Positions 11,932-21,203 are shown, counted from the stretch's first letter. The stretch: 64,000 nt of DNA from an uncultured Thermoprotei archaeon (GCA_965367815.1 CBDUKN010000009.1:21085-85084), one strand, 5' to 3'. Notes: generated from the letters alone by a model not told the origin. Made by a program: numbers and translations.

Positions 11932-12900
11932 ATGGAATCATTTGAAAAATATCTTAGTTTAATGCGTGACGCTTATAAAAAGCAGGGTTATCACTTTGTG
12001 GGTGTTCAAGCAGTAGTTAAGCCCTGCCACTGGATGAAAAGATCTCTACTAACTAGAGGCGAAAAATTCTGCTACAAGCAGAAGTTCTATGGCATACCGT
12101 CTCATAGATGCCTGCAGCTTTCACCAATTATTCAGTGTAGTCAAAGATGCCTTTACTGTTGGAGAGCTCAGCCCCAAGACCTTGGGATAGACTACAACGA
12201 GCTCGACGTAAAGGTATACGACGATCCCTATACAATAGTAGAGAATAGTGTAAAAGAATGGCAGAAAATACTTAGCGGGTACCTTGGAAACCCAAAGGTT
12301 GACCCTGTAATGCTCCAAGAAGCTATGAGACCAACGCACGCAGCTATAAGCCTAGTAGGAGAACCAACCATGTATCCTAAAATAGGCGAATTAGTAGAAG
12401 CTTTCTTCGAGTACGGATTTAGAACAACGTTTATTGTAACTAACGGAAACTTTCCTGAAGTTATAAGTAATCTAGAAAAAGAGCCTTCACAGCTGTATGT
12501 GAGTCTCTCGGCGCCCGACGAAGAGACTTTCAGAAAAGTATGTAGACCTATGTTAAAAGATGCTTGGAAAAGAGTTCTCAAGACACTAGAACTACTAAAA
12601 TCTCTTTCATGTCCATCGGTTGTCAGAATAACACTTGTTAGAGGATTAAACATGAAAGGAATAGATAAGTATGCCAAAATACTGTCTCGCGCAGAGCCAA
12701 CCTATATAGAGCCTAAGGCAGCGATGAGCCTTGGCTACTTTAGGTACAGGCTAGGTGTAGAGCCTATGCCAAGACACGAAGAAATTAGAGCTTTTGCTGA
12801 GAAGCTAGCAGAGTACACTGGATACAATATTATCGACGAGGCTATGGATTCTCGCATAGTTCTACTTTCTAGATTAAATAAGCCTTTAAAACTCATGTAG
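11932..12900 (+). CDS. taw1: tRNA 4-demethylwyosine synthase (radical SAM)
   Basis: VKPCHW, CYKQKFYGIPSHRC, CxxxCxxC (CSQRCLYCWR), SLVGEPT. Confidence 0.95.
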   Translation: MESFEKYLSLMRDAYKKQGYHFVGVQAVVKPCHWMKRSLLTRGEKFCYKQKFYGIPSHRCLQLSPIIQCSQRCLYCWRAQPQDLGIDYNELDVKVYDDPYTIVENSVKEWQKILSGYLGNPKVDPVMLQEAMRPTHAAISLVGEPTMYPKIGELVEAFFEYGFRTTFIVTNGNFPEVISNLEKEPSQLYVSLSAPDEETFRKVCRPMLKDAWKRVLKTLELLKSLSCPSVVRITLVRGLNMKGIDKYAKILSRAEPTYIEPKAAMSLGYFRYRLGVEPMPRHEEIRAFAEKLAEYTGYNIIDEAMDSRIVLLSRLNKPLKLM

Positions 12901-12910
12901 GTGATATCTC

Positions 12911-15286
12911 ATGAAAATAAAGCTATGGATACTTGACGTGAACTACGAAATAGTAGCCGATGAACCTGAAATAAAGCTATGGGGCATAACTAGCGAAGGT
13001 AAACGAGCACTAGTTAAAATTAGAGGCTTTAGACCCTACTTCTACGCAGTTCCAAAAGAAGGAGTACCCATAGAGGACGCAATAAGATCTATTAAAGTAC
13101 TTGCTACTCAATATAAGATTTTATCTGTAGAAAAAGTGAAGAGAAAATACTATGGCAGGCCCTTGGATGTGATAAAAATTACTTGCAAGCTTCCTCCTTC
13201 GGTTCCGAAACTTAGAGAAGCTGTCGCGAAATTAAAGGCTATAGAAGATGTACTGGAAGCAGATATAAGATTCTATATGCGCTACTTGATAGATAAAGAT
13301 GTATATCCATGTGCATGGCATGAAATAGAAGTAGAAAAAGACTATGATAAAAATGCTCATGTCGATGAAGTATATAGAGCAGTCTCGGACCCAGTATATT
13401 TACCTGAAGAGACACGTATACCCGACTTGCGTGTTCTGGCTTTTGACATAGAGTGCTACAACCCTAGAGGTACTCCTAAGCCCGAAAGAGACCCCGTGAT
13501 AATAATCTCCGTCAAAACAAGTGATGATGGAGAAAAAATTTTTACCGCAAATGACCATGATGATAGACTTCTTCTTAAAGAATTTATTGAATATGTAAGA
13601 AAATATGACCCCGATGTAATAGTAGGCTACAACAATAATGGATTTGATTGGCCCTACCTTTTAGACCGCTGCAAAAAACTTCACATAAAGTTAGCCGTTA
13701 CAAGAGCTGATGGCCAACCTGCACAAAGTGTTTATGGACACTTCTCTGTAGTTGGTAGAGCTAATGTAGACCTCTACGACTTCGCAAAAGACATGCCTGA
13801 AGTGAAAGTAAAAACCCTAGAAAACGTAGCTGACTACCTTGGAGTAATGAGGAAGAGCGAACGAGTCCTTATTGAAGGAAGCGAGCTGTACAAATACTGG
13901 GACGATCCCTCTAAAAGAAAAACGCTAATCGAGTATGCCCGCGACGACGTAGAGAGCATATATGGTTTAAGCGAAAAAATACTTCCTTTTGCAGTACAGT
14001 TATCAAACATCGTAGGACTTCCACTAGATCAAGTAGGAGCGGCCTCAGTAGGTTTTCGAGTAGAATGGTACCTAATGAGACAAGCATATAAACTAGGAGA
14101 ACTCATACCAAATAGAGTCGAGAGACCATACTCCTCGTACAAAGGAGCAATAGTACTCAAACCAAAGCCAGGATTACATAAAAACATAGTTGTATTAGAC
14201 TTCTCTGCAATGTACCCAAGCATAATGATTTCTAAGAACATCTCGCCTGATACTTATGTCCCGCCCTACGAAGAAGTTTCTCCTGACGAAGTTTACGTAG
14301 CTCCTGAAGTTGGGCACAGATTTAGAAAACATCCACCAGGCTTCTATAAAGTAGTTTTAGAGCGCCTACTCAAAGTAAGGAAAGAGATACGAGAAGCAAT
14401 GAAAAAACTAGATCCATCTAGCTACGAGTACCGTGTTTTATATGAGAGACAGAGAGCAATTAAAGTCATAGCTAACGCTACTTACGGATATTGTGGCTGG
14501 GTTGGAGCAAGATGGTATAAACGGGAAGTCGCTGAAGCAACTACTGCCTGGGGAAGAGAACTCATAAAGAAAACAATAGAGCTTGCGAAAAGCCTAGGGC
14601 TTGACGTAATATACGGCGACACAGACAGCATTTTCGTACAGTATGATAAAGATAAAGTTGAAAAACTGTGCAGATTAATTCAAGAAAAGTTTGGACTTGA
14701 AGTAAAACCAGATAAAATTTATATAAAAGTATTCTTTACAGAAGCAAAGAAGAGATACTGTGGTTTACTACCTGACGGTAGAATAGATGTAGTCGGTCTA
14801 GAAGCTATTAGAGGAGACTGGTCTGAATTAGCAAAGGAGGTTCAAGAAAAAGTAATAGAAATAATACTCAAAGAAGGAGACCCCTATAAGGCTGTAAAGT
14901 ATGTTTCAAATGTAATTTCAGATTTAAGAAACGGTAAAATACCATTATCGAAACTAATTATCTGGAAGAGTGTCACTAAAGATTTAGATAAGTACGAAGT
15001 CAGAGCTGCTCATGTAGCAGCAGCTAAAAGACTTCTAGAGGCAGGCTATAGGCTTGAAATAGGAGACAAAATAGGATACGTAATAGTCAAGAAACCCGGA
15101 GACAAACTGGCAGATAAAGCAATGCCCTACATACTTGTAAAAGATATCAGCGAAATAGATACAGAATACTATGTTAGAAAACAGGTAATTCCTGCAGCTT
15201 TAAGAATACTAGAATATTTCGGTATTAAAGAAGCACAGCTTGAAGGAGCAACCTATCAAAAAAGCCTATTAGACTTTTTCGCCTAA
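12911..15286 (+). CDS. polB: Family B DNA polymerase (PolB3-type), no intein
   Basis: Exo I FDIE, FDWPY, DFSAMYPS, K..ANATYGY, YGDTDS, KKRY. Confidence 0.97.
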   Translation: MKIKLWILDVNYEIVADEPEIKLWGITSEGKRALVKIRGFRPYFYAVPKEGVPIEDAIRSIKVLATQYKILSVEKVKRKYYGRPLDVIKITCKLPPSVPKLREAVAKLKAIEDVLEADIRFYMRYLIDKDVYPCAWHEIEVEKDYDKNAHVDEVYRAVSDPVYLPEETRIPDLRVLAFDIECYNPRGTPKPERDPVIIISVKTSDDGEKIFTANDHDDRLLLKEFIEYVRKYDPDVIVGYNNNGFDWPYLLDRCKKLHIKLAVTRADGQPAQSVYGHFSVVGRANVDLYDFAKDMPEVKVKTLENVADYLGVMRKSERVLIEGSELYKYWDDPSKRKTLIEYARDDVESIYGLSEKILPFAVQLSNIVGLPLDQVGAASVGFRVEWYLMRQAYKLGELIPNRVERPYSSYKGAIVLKPKPGLHKNIVVLDFSAMYPSIMISKNISPDTYVPPYEEVSPDEVYVAPEVGHRFRKHPPGFYKVVLERLLKVRKEIREAMKKLDPSSYEYRVLYERQRAIKVIANATYGYCGWVGARWYKREVAEATTAWGRELIKKTIELAKSLGLDVIYGDTDSIFVQYDKDKVEKLCRLIQEKFGLEVKPDKIYIKVFFTEAKKRYCGLLPDGRIDVVGLEAIRGDWSELAKEVQEKVIEIILKEGDPYKAVKYVSNVISDLRNGKIPLSKLIIWKSVTKDLDKYEVRAAHVAAAKRLLEAGYRLEIGDKIGYVIVKKPGDKLADKAMPYILVKDISEIDTEYYVRKQVIPAALRILEYFGIKEAQLEGATYQKSLLDFFA

Positions 15287-16480
15287 TTCACTAAATGTAC
15301 TTATTACTAAGTCTACGGGTTTACGAACGACATTACCTACTCTAGCTCCAATAATTATTTTAATACCCTTCTCTTGAGCAATATCTACTACTCTCTGAGT
15401 TACAATACCATCAAAGACCACTGCATATACGTTGTCTACGCTCTGAAGAGTTGTAACCAGGTCTCTCACAGCTACTCTCTGTATTTCTTGCCAGTTTTTA
15501 TCAAACAGTATTCCCTCAAGAGTACCAAGAAGTTCTTCGACAAGACTTTTTACTTTATCTGGAATAACTACCTCTGGTCTAGGAGACGGAGGAGCTTCTT
15601 TGACAATTCTTTCAGGACCTTTCCCTTCTTTACTTCTTCTAGTTTTTTCAATAGTTTCCATGTACTCCTCTACGGTCATTTTATTTTTTAGACACTTAGC
15701 TATCTCTTTAGCTGTTAACTCTTCTACCTCTTTTCCAGGAGGAGCTCTGGCAATGTAGTCTACGTCAACCTGACTTAGGAGAGCTTTGAGTATCAGGTCG
15801 CCTCCTCTATCTCCGTCAACAAACGCTATTACTGTCTTCTTTTTACTTAGATCTACTATAGTTTTAGGTATTGTGGCTCCCTCGAGCGCAATAACGTTGC
15901 GGTAACCGTGTCTAACTAAGTTGACTACATCAGCTCTTCCTTCTACAACTATAATCGTATCAGATTTATCGACATCAGGTCCTGCTGGAAGATTCTCTGG
16001 ACCATACTTTATTACCTCAGAACTTCTGACCGCTTTAATTACTTCCTCGGCTATTTCTCTGCTCTCAGGTATACTCTCTTCCCACTTCCTTAGAATCTCT
16101 ATGGCTCTTTCAATAATCTTCTTTCTCTTCTCTTCTCTGAGATCAACTATTCTCGAAAGCTTTATTCGAGCATTATAGGGTCCTATTTTATCAACACTCT
16201 CTATCATCGCCGCAATAATAGCTGTTTCAACGCGGTCCAAATTCGATGGAATTGTTATTTTGCCGCGAGTTTTTCCGTCGACAGTCTCAAGTGATACTTC
16301 AATACGCCCTAGTCTGCCTAATCTCTGCAGTTCGCGTAGATTAAAGCCATTCCCTAAGAGTCCCTCTGTCTGGCCGAAAATGGCACCTATGACGTCGGGT
16401 TTTTCTACAACGCCATCTATCTCAAACTCAGCTTCTATAACGTATTTAGCAGTAACAGCCAGTCCACCCATCAGCATCAC
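15269..16480 (-). CDS. dnaG: Archaeal DnaG (TOPRIM, exosome-associated)
   Basis: GVVEKPDVIGAIFGQTEGL, VVEGRADV, FVDGDRGG, FDGIVTQR. Confidence 0.96.
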   Translation of the reverse strand: MMLMGGLAVTAKYVIEAEFEIDGVVEKPDVIGAIFGQTEGLLGNGFNLRELQRLGRLGRIEVSLETVDGKTRGKITIPSNLDRVETAIIAAMIESVDKIGPYNARIKLSRIVDLREEKRKKIIERAIEILRKWEESIPESREIAEEVIKAVRSSEVIKYGPENLPAGPDVDKSDTIIVVEGRADVVNLVRHGYRNVIALEGATIPKTIVDLSKKKTVIAFVDGDRGGDLILKALLSQVDVDYIARAPPGKEVEELTAKEIAKCLKNKMTVEEYMETIEKTRRSKEGKGPERIVKEAPPSPRPEVVIPDKVKSLVEELLGTLEGILFDKNWQEIQRVAVRDLVTTLQSVDNVYAVVFDGIVTQRVVDIAQEKGIKIIIGARVGNVVRKPVDLVISTFSELGEKV

Positions 16481-16581
16481 CTGTTACTGAGATATTTCAA
16501 GCCTAGCTCCTCTTAAATATTTTATCTACGATGCATAGCTTCATATAACCCTCCATTACGCGCGAAAATAAAGGTAAGCCG

Positions 16582-16680
16582 GCGGGGGATGTATTCCCAC
16601 CGTTACACCCGTCTTCATCACTAGGCGGTACAACGCCTTTAGCTCAACGGGCTCTCTTGCGGTGGGAAATAATCCCCCGC
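16582..16680 (-). ncRNA. H/ACA-like, K-turn-containing RNA enclosed by an extra terminal stem
   Basis: Minus strand: outer stem GCGGGGGAT/ATCCCCCGC, lower stem TTCCCACCG/CGGTGGGAA, internal pocket, upper stem CCCGT/ACGGG, TGA...GTGATGA K-turn, ACA 14-15 nt below the pocket; TTTAAATA box about 25 nt upstream. Confidence 0.7.
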
Positions 16681-16687
16681 TACATTC

Positions 16688-16741
16688 ATAAACATAGCGA
16701 AAGGAATATTTAAACTATTCATATTAAATAAACATAGCGAA
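16688..16741. repeat. 14-bp direct repeat ATAAACATAGCGAA (two copies, 40 bp apart)
   Basis: Copies at 16688-16701 and 16728-16741. Confidence 0.85.
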
Positions 16742-16830
16742 CCCTCTTCCTGCTCGGGCGCAAAACGCTCCTTCATCGCGACCTAAGAGTCAGGTGGATT
16801 ACCCTTATGGGGCTAGTGAAATGTCTCCCT
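16742..16830 (-). ncRNA. Possible K-turn/K-loop small RNA
   Basis: GC-rich island in AT-rich spacer; minus strand CCTGA...GCGATGAAGG can form a K-turn-type pairing; small hairpins. Confidence 0.35.
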
Positions 16831-16931
16831 ATCGGATAAAAATTTTATTTTAGTTTATTTAAAGACTTTTTCTCAACCATTTCTGCTCTTTAATTAAGTA
16901 CATGTATGTCTTAGGATAATTAAGCAATCTT

Positions 16932-17081
16932 TCAATATTGCCCGTCCAAAGAAACACTACCGCTAACCTTCATTATATTATACGCTGCTGCCAGACCAAT
17001 GTTAAACTGTCCCATTTCTCACACTACCAGTCCCCTATAAGGACGCTGAATCCGCCGACCACACAGTGGACAATAAGAAGA
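16932..17081 (-). pseudogene. Degenerate 3' end of a TnpB (IS200/IS605) gene
   Basis: Single frame reads SSYCPLCGRRIQRPYRGLVV*EMGQFNIGLAAAYNIMK, matching the TnpB Zn-ribbon plus D.xAA.NI RuvC-III pattern; in-frame TGA at 17019-17021 where a Cys is expected. Confidence 0.6.
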
Positions 17082-17099
17082 ACCACACAGGATGCTCGA

Positions 17100-17163
17100 A
17101 GCCCTATTGTCTCCGAACCAAACCCCCTCAAGAGGGATGTTAGCCTCGGAGACAATAGAGCCC
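17100..17163 (-). other. Long imperfect hairpin (about 64 nt)
   Basis: GGCTCTATTGTCTCCGAG / TTCGGAGACAATAGGGCT arms, apical CCCT-CTTG-AGGG; mismatches are G-U compatible on the minus strand. Confidence 0.75.
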
Positions 17164-17403
17164 TTCTCCACTTCTCCTTATGTGTAACCAATATACTTTT
17201 GAAGAGTATTTTGCCTCTATGTAATGACTTTTCTCATTAAATTAAAACCATTCGCTAGACACCATTTTAGACAAGCATTAGATGTCTATTTAATCAAGTA
17301 ATAACTTATTAACTGAGAAACAGATACTTTAGAAAAACATGTCTATAGATAGAAAGAAGACAAACATAGAAAAATATTTTTGCCCTAACAAAACTATCAA
17401 TTA

Positions 17404-17476
17404 TGGCGGAGGGAGGTCGCCGCCCGAGTGGCCGTAGGCTACAATGACCGGCGGTATACCCGCCTCCGCTACACAT
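17404..17476 (+). ncRNA. H/ACA-like pseudouridylation guide RNA
   Basis: GGCGGAGG/CCTCCGCT lower stem followed directly by ACA (17471-17473); upper stem GTCGCCG/CGGCGGT; CCGA...ATGA K-turn; AT box about 25 nt upstream. Confidence 0.75.
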
Positions 17477-17607
17477 CAAGTTATAGGCTCGCGACCTCTA
17501 CAACAATATCCGCCGCAGACCTTCTTCATAAAAGCACTGTTCATATCTAGCGAATCGCCGCAGTGGTTACATGGTATTACATTCATCTCTGTGAACTAAA
17601 TATTTAC

Positions 17608-18078
17608 TTAGAAATCTGTCCGTAAAAACATTACATAGCATCCTTCGCCATCCTGATAGTAATTTGGCCTGAAAAAGCTATATCGAAAACCGAGACTCCT
17701 ATATAGCCTTATAGCAGGAACATTGCTTGCTCTAACTTCAAGTCTAAATACCTTAATTTCTTTCTCCCTCTTTATTCTCTCAATAGCCTCTTTTAATAAT
17801 AATCTGCCTAAGCCACGTCCTCTGTACTTTGGGTCAATAGCCAAAGACAGTATGTGACCCAGATTTCCCCACCTAATAAGAACTATTATGTACCCTACTA
17901 CTCTTCCATTAACTTCAATAACAAAAGATGTGTCACCAGCTAGAAATAAGTAATATGACAAAAGGCTCTTAGGATAAGCATCTCTTGGAAAACACTTTAA
18001 CTCAATTTCATATATTCTGTCTAGATCTTTTTTATCAACTTTACGAATACAGTAATTCACGAAGTACATGTGCGGCAA
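17608..18078 (-). CDS. rimI: RimI/Ard1-family N-acetyltransferase
   Basis: HILSLAIDPKYRGRGLG, LEVRASN..AIRLY, NYYQDGE. Confidence 0.9.
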   Translation of the reverse strand: MPHMYFVNYCIRKVDKKDLDRIYEIELKCFPRDAYPKSLLSYYLFLAGDTSFVIEVNGRVVGYIIVLIRWGNLGHILSLAIDPKYRGRGLGRLLLKEAIERIKREKEIKVFRLEVRASNVPAIRLYRSLGFRYSFFRPNYYQDGEGCYVMFLRTDF

Positions 18079-18133
18079 TACCTTTAAATATATTCACTTC
18101 ATTCAACACGGTAGAAAGTAAAAAGGTGATAGT

Positions 18134-18391
18134 ATGGCCTACGAGAATATTTTTGCTCAAGTAACATTAATTCTAAAAAGAGTAAGCGAAGATCCTGGAG
18201 TTCCAAGAAACATTAGAAGAGCCGCAAACGAAGCTGCAAAAACAATTCAAAGAAAAGACCTAACTCCTGGACTAAAGGCGGCAAACGCAATAAGTATTTT
18301 AGAAGAAGCTGCACAGGACCCCAACATACCACTATTTGCTAGAACAGCCCTGTGGCAAGCAATTTCTTTACTAGAACAAGTCAAAGACTAA
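18134..18391 (+). CDS. UPF0147 family protein
   Basis: D.GVPRNIRRAA, AANAISILEE...DPNIP..ART. Confidence 0.9.
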   Translation: MAYENIFAQVTLILKRVSEDPGVPRNIRRAANEAAKTIQRKDLTPGLKAANAISILEEAAQDPNIPLFARTALWQAISLLEQVKD

Positions 18392-18508
18392 GCCAAAATA
18401 AACTTGGTAAATAGGTTATTTTAAATACTATTTTTATCTAAATCTAATCCTAGGTTAAAATAAACTAATAAAGAAAATTTATATACGAGACCATAAATGT
18501 GTTTTCTT

Positions 18509-18596
18509 GCGGGGGTGCCCGAGCCAGGTCAAAGGGGCAGGGCTTAGGACCCTGTGGCGTAGGCCTGCGTGGGTTCAAATCCCACCCCCCGCACCA
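18509..18596 (+). tRNA. tRNA-Leu(TAG), CCA encoded
   Basis: GCGGGGG/CCCCCGC acceptor; CAGGG-CT TAG GA-CCCTG; long variable arm; GGTTCAAATCC. Confidence 0.97.
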
Positions 18597-18962
18597 CTCC
18601 TTTTAACTTATAGAACACTATACACCTTCTTGTCCAATTTACACAGCTACATATCATGGAACAATCATTCAATAGCATATACATAAAATAAAATATTAGA
18701 CTGCAAGAAAGATAAATTAAATGGAGCCCTTCTCTATTCACTTCATTAAAGCTCGATATTTCTCAAAGAACTTTTAAACTAAAATCTCTCTCCATGCCAG
18801 TTTCCTAGATGCTTATAAAACTTAGATACCTTAGTCTCGAAGAACATGTTTTAAAGCTTCTTAAAGTAAAGCTAAGCCTAAGATTATGTTTTTCTAAATC
18901 TGCTACAAGCTTTATAGGCACAAAATATTTTAGTCTAAATTAAATGCCCTCAAGAAAAATAG

Positions 18963-19059
18963 CGCCCCGGCCGGGATTTGAACCCGGGTTCTGGCGGGAT
19001 CTACGAGGCCACAGCCTCTTGACAGCCGCCCATACTAGACCGGGCTATACGACCGGGGC
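18963..19059 (-). tRNA. tRNA-Asp(GTC) with 21-nt intron at 37/38 (18999-19019)
   Basis: Cloverleaf; BHB with central helix CTGT/GTAG and bulges CAA, ATC. Confidence 0.93.
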
Positions 19060-19198
19060 GAGAATATTCTAAGAGCCTCCCTTAATTAAATTTTTCTCTG
19101 TGAGCCATGTTCACTGCTGTAGCGTTTACTATAGATCTATTGTCCTAATATTCTCAGAGAAAGCTGTTTCGTAGGTTTAAAGATTTAAAACATCAAAG

Positions 19199-19271
19199 TG
19201 GGCCCGCCGGGACTCGAACCCGGGACCTCCCGCGCGTCAGGCGGGCGTCATAGCCGCTAGACCACGGGCCC
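19199..19271 (-). tRNA. tRNA-Val(GAC)
   Basis: GGGCCCG/CGGGCCC; CCCGC-CT GAC GC-GCGGG; TTCGAGT loop. Confidence 0.96.
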
Positions 19272-19470
19272 ATTTAGTAGTTTACAGGGCAGAAAATATT
19301 TTTTTCTACACTGAGACCCTCTCCCAGACCTATGCAGACACTAAGCTCGCTACAAAAGAGTGTGAACAAGTGTCACTTCGCCTTATATATCCCTTGTCTA
19401 CTGCTACTCCAGGTGCTATCAGCTAGCGATTTTTCGATAAAAATTTATCTACGCTAAGTACTATTTATGT

Positions 19471-19588
19471 GGGCCCGTAGCTCAGCCAGGACTAGAGCGT
19501 CGGCCTTCGGTTCTGTGTAGAAGACAGCCGATGGTCCCGGGTTCAAAACCCGAGGCTAAGATCCCGGGTGAAAGTCCCGGCGGGCCCG
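19471..19588 (+). tRNA. tRNA-Arg(TCG) with two introns: 15 nt at 37/38 (19511-19525) and 27 nt at 59/60 (19548-19574)
   Basis: Removing both restores TCGGC-CT TCG GA-GCCGA and CCGGG-TTCAAAT-CCCGG; BHB central helices CTTC/GAAG and TTCA/TGAA. Confidence 0.92.
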
Positions 19589-19636
19589 CTTCAAATAGTA
19601 AAGTTTTTAAGTACATTTTGGTAAGGGGTTCTGCTT

Positions 19637-19831
19637 ATGCCGAGAGAGATTTTCGATAAGGAGAAGTTTTTAGAGCTAGCCAAATATGCGAGAGAGTGCA
19701 GAGTAAAGAAGCTTGGCGACGTAGTCAAACTAAAGCTACGTTTAAAGAGATACTTGTACACTTACAAAACTACTTCTGAGGAGGCAGAAGAGCTCCTTAA
19801 GCAAATTCAGTGCCCTATTAGAGAAGTTTAG
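19637..19831 (+). CDS. rpl38e: 50S ribosomal protein L38e
   Basis: MPREI...FLELA...RVKK....KLKLR.KRYLYT. Confidence 0.92.
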   Translation: MPREIFDKEKFLELAKYARECRVKKLGDVVKLKLRLKRYLYTYKTTSEEAEELLKQIQCPIREV

Positions 19832-19863
19832 CTCTTCGCAATATAGATGTAGTTACGATGTAA

Positions 19864-21135
19864 TTACCCTAGCGCTATTGTTTCACCATTTCTCGGGATT
19901 TTTGCATCAAAGGAATATCTGTCGAGTATTTGAGGAAGCGACTCTTTTACTGCTCTATAGTCTCCGTGGACAAATATACATGTTTCCTTAGGTTTAATTC
20001 TATCTAATAGCTCAAATAACTGTTTTCTTCCTGCATGTGAAGAGAAATCGAGCCACTCGATTCTAGCTTTTACTTTACTGTTTACTTCAGGTAGTAGCCC
20101 TGTTTCAAGTAGAGCTCTTCCAGGAGTGTAGGGTGCTTGAAAACTCACAAAGACTATCGCACTTCTAGGATCTTTTGCTATTTTCTTTGCGTAGTAGAGC
20201 GAAGGACCTCCTTTAAGCATTCCAGCGGGAGAAACTATTATTGAGGGTACTTCTAAGGCTTTCTTTCTGTCACTCCAATCTCTCACTATAAATACTTTCT
20301 CTAGTGCTCTTTCTAGCAGATAAGGGTCTCTTAAATAACCTGAATACTTGAGCAGTATTTCTATTACTGCTCTCGCCATACCGTCAATAAATATTGGATA
20401 GTCTATTCCGTGCTTTTCTAAGACTAAAAGCACTTCCTGAGACCTTCCTACGGAAAACGAAGGTATTAGTACTTTTCCTCCATTCTCCAACACTTCTTCA
20501 AGTATTTCTATGAGCATTTTTTCGCAGTAATCTCTTTCCGGGTGTTCATAAGATATGTACGTCGACTCTGTGATCAGTACATCTATGTCGCCTACGCCGC
20601 TTAAATCTGCTCCTTTAAGGAGAGCCGTAGTTGAAGGATTTATGTCTCCTGTATAAAGGATTTTTGTCCCAGATATGTTTAATATGAAGAAACTGCTTCC
20701 GGGTATGTGTCCAGCATCTTTAATTTCTATTACATGGTCCTTGTCTAAGCTGACTATATCTCCGTAATCTAAAGGATTAAAGCATCTAAGCATTGCTTGA
20801 AGTTCTTGGTGCTCGTAGGGAACATAGTAGCCGGAAATTTTCAGAAAGTCCCTTATGAGCAGTTCACTTAGCTCTAGAGTTAGGCTTGTCGTGTATAGAG
20901 GTATTTTAGCATTTATGTATAGTAGAGGAAGAGCTCCAGAATGGTCTAAGTGGGCGTGCGAGAGAAATACTGCGTTTAAGTCCTTTGGACGTACATGAAG
21001 AGGAAAGAGAGGCTTATCCTCTTCGAATATTACGCCGTAGTCTAAGAGTATTTTCTTTTCACCGCTATCGATTAGTATAGCGCTTCTCCCTACTTCTCTA
21101 CCTCCTCCTAATATTGTTACAGATATTTTGCTCAT
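19864..21135 (-). CDS. Beta-CASP metallo-beta-lactamase ribonuclease (aCPSF2-like)
   Basis: LGGGREVGRS, SHAHLDHSG, AGHIPGS, YTGD, ESTY, FSSHA, VHGD. Confidence 0.92.
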   Translation of the reverse strand: MSKISVTILGGGREVGRSAILIDSGEKKILLDYGVIFEEDKPLFPLHVRPKDLNAVFLSHAHLDHSGALPLLYINAKIPLYTTSLTLELSELLIRDFLKISGYYVPYEHQELQAMLRCFNPLDYGDIVSLDKDHVIEIKDAGHIPGSSFFILNISGTKILYTGDINPSTTALLKGADLSGVGDIDVLITESTYISYEHPERDYCEKMLIEILEEVLENGGKVLIPSFSVGRSQEVLLVLEKHGIDYPIFIDGMARAVIEILLKYSGYLRDPYLLERALEKVFIVRDWSDRKKALEVPSIIVSPAGMLKGGPSLYYAKKIAKDPRSAIVFVSFQAPYTPGRALLETGLLPEVNSKVKARIEWLDFSSHAGRKQLFELLDRIKPKETCIFVHGDYRAVKESLPQILDRYSFDAKIPRNGETIALG

Positions 21136-21203
21136 CTCAGCTCCCTTCCCTGTCCCTTGTTAAAGGCTACTTGCTTAAAACTCTTTTTTTACTTCAGTTA
21201 AGT

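Noticed and set aside
17019-17163. In-frame TGA at a Cys position with a nearby hairpin as possible selenocysteine recoding
   Set aside because: Surrounding TnpB motif is otherwise degenerate (catalytic Asp lost), and the hairpin lacks an archaeal SECIS GAA/A pattern; decay is simpler
16938-17240. 100-aa plus-strand ORF
   Set aside because: No motif; the opposite strand explains the region (hairpin plus TnpB remnant)
16480-17608. RNase P RNA or SRP RNA in the long spacer
   Set aside because: No GAGGAAAGUCC-like P4 motif and no SRP helix-8 GGAA/AGCA motif found
18544-18741. ORFs overlapping tRNA genes (18544, 38688, 47406, 47473, 49392)
   Set aside because: Translations of tRNA sequence
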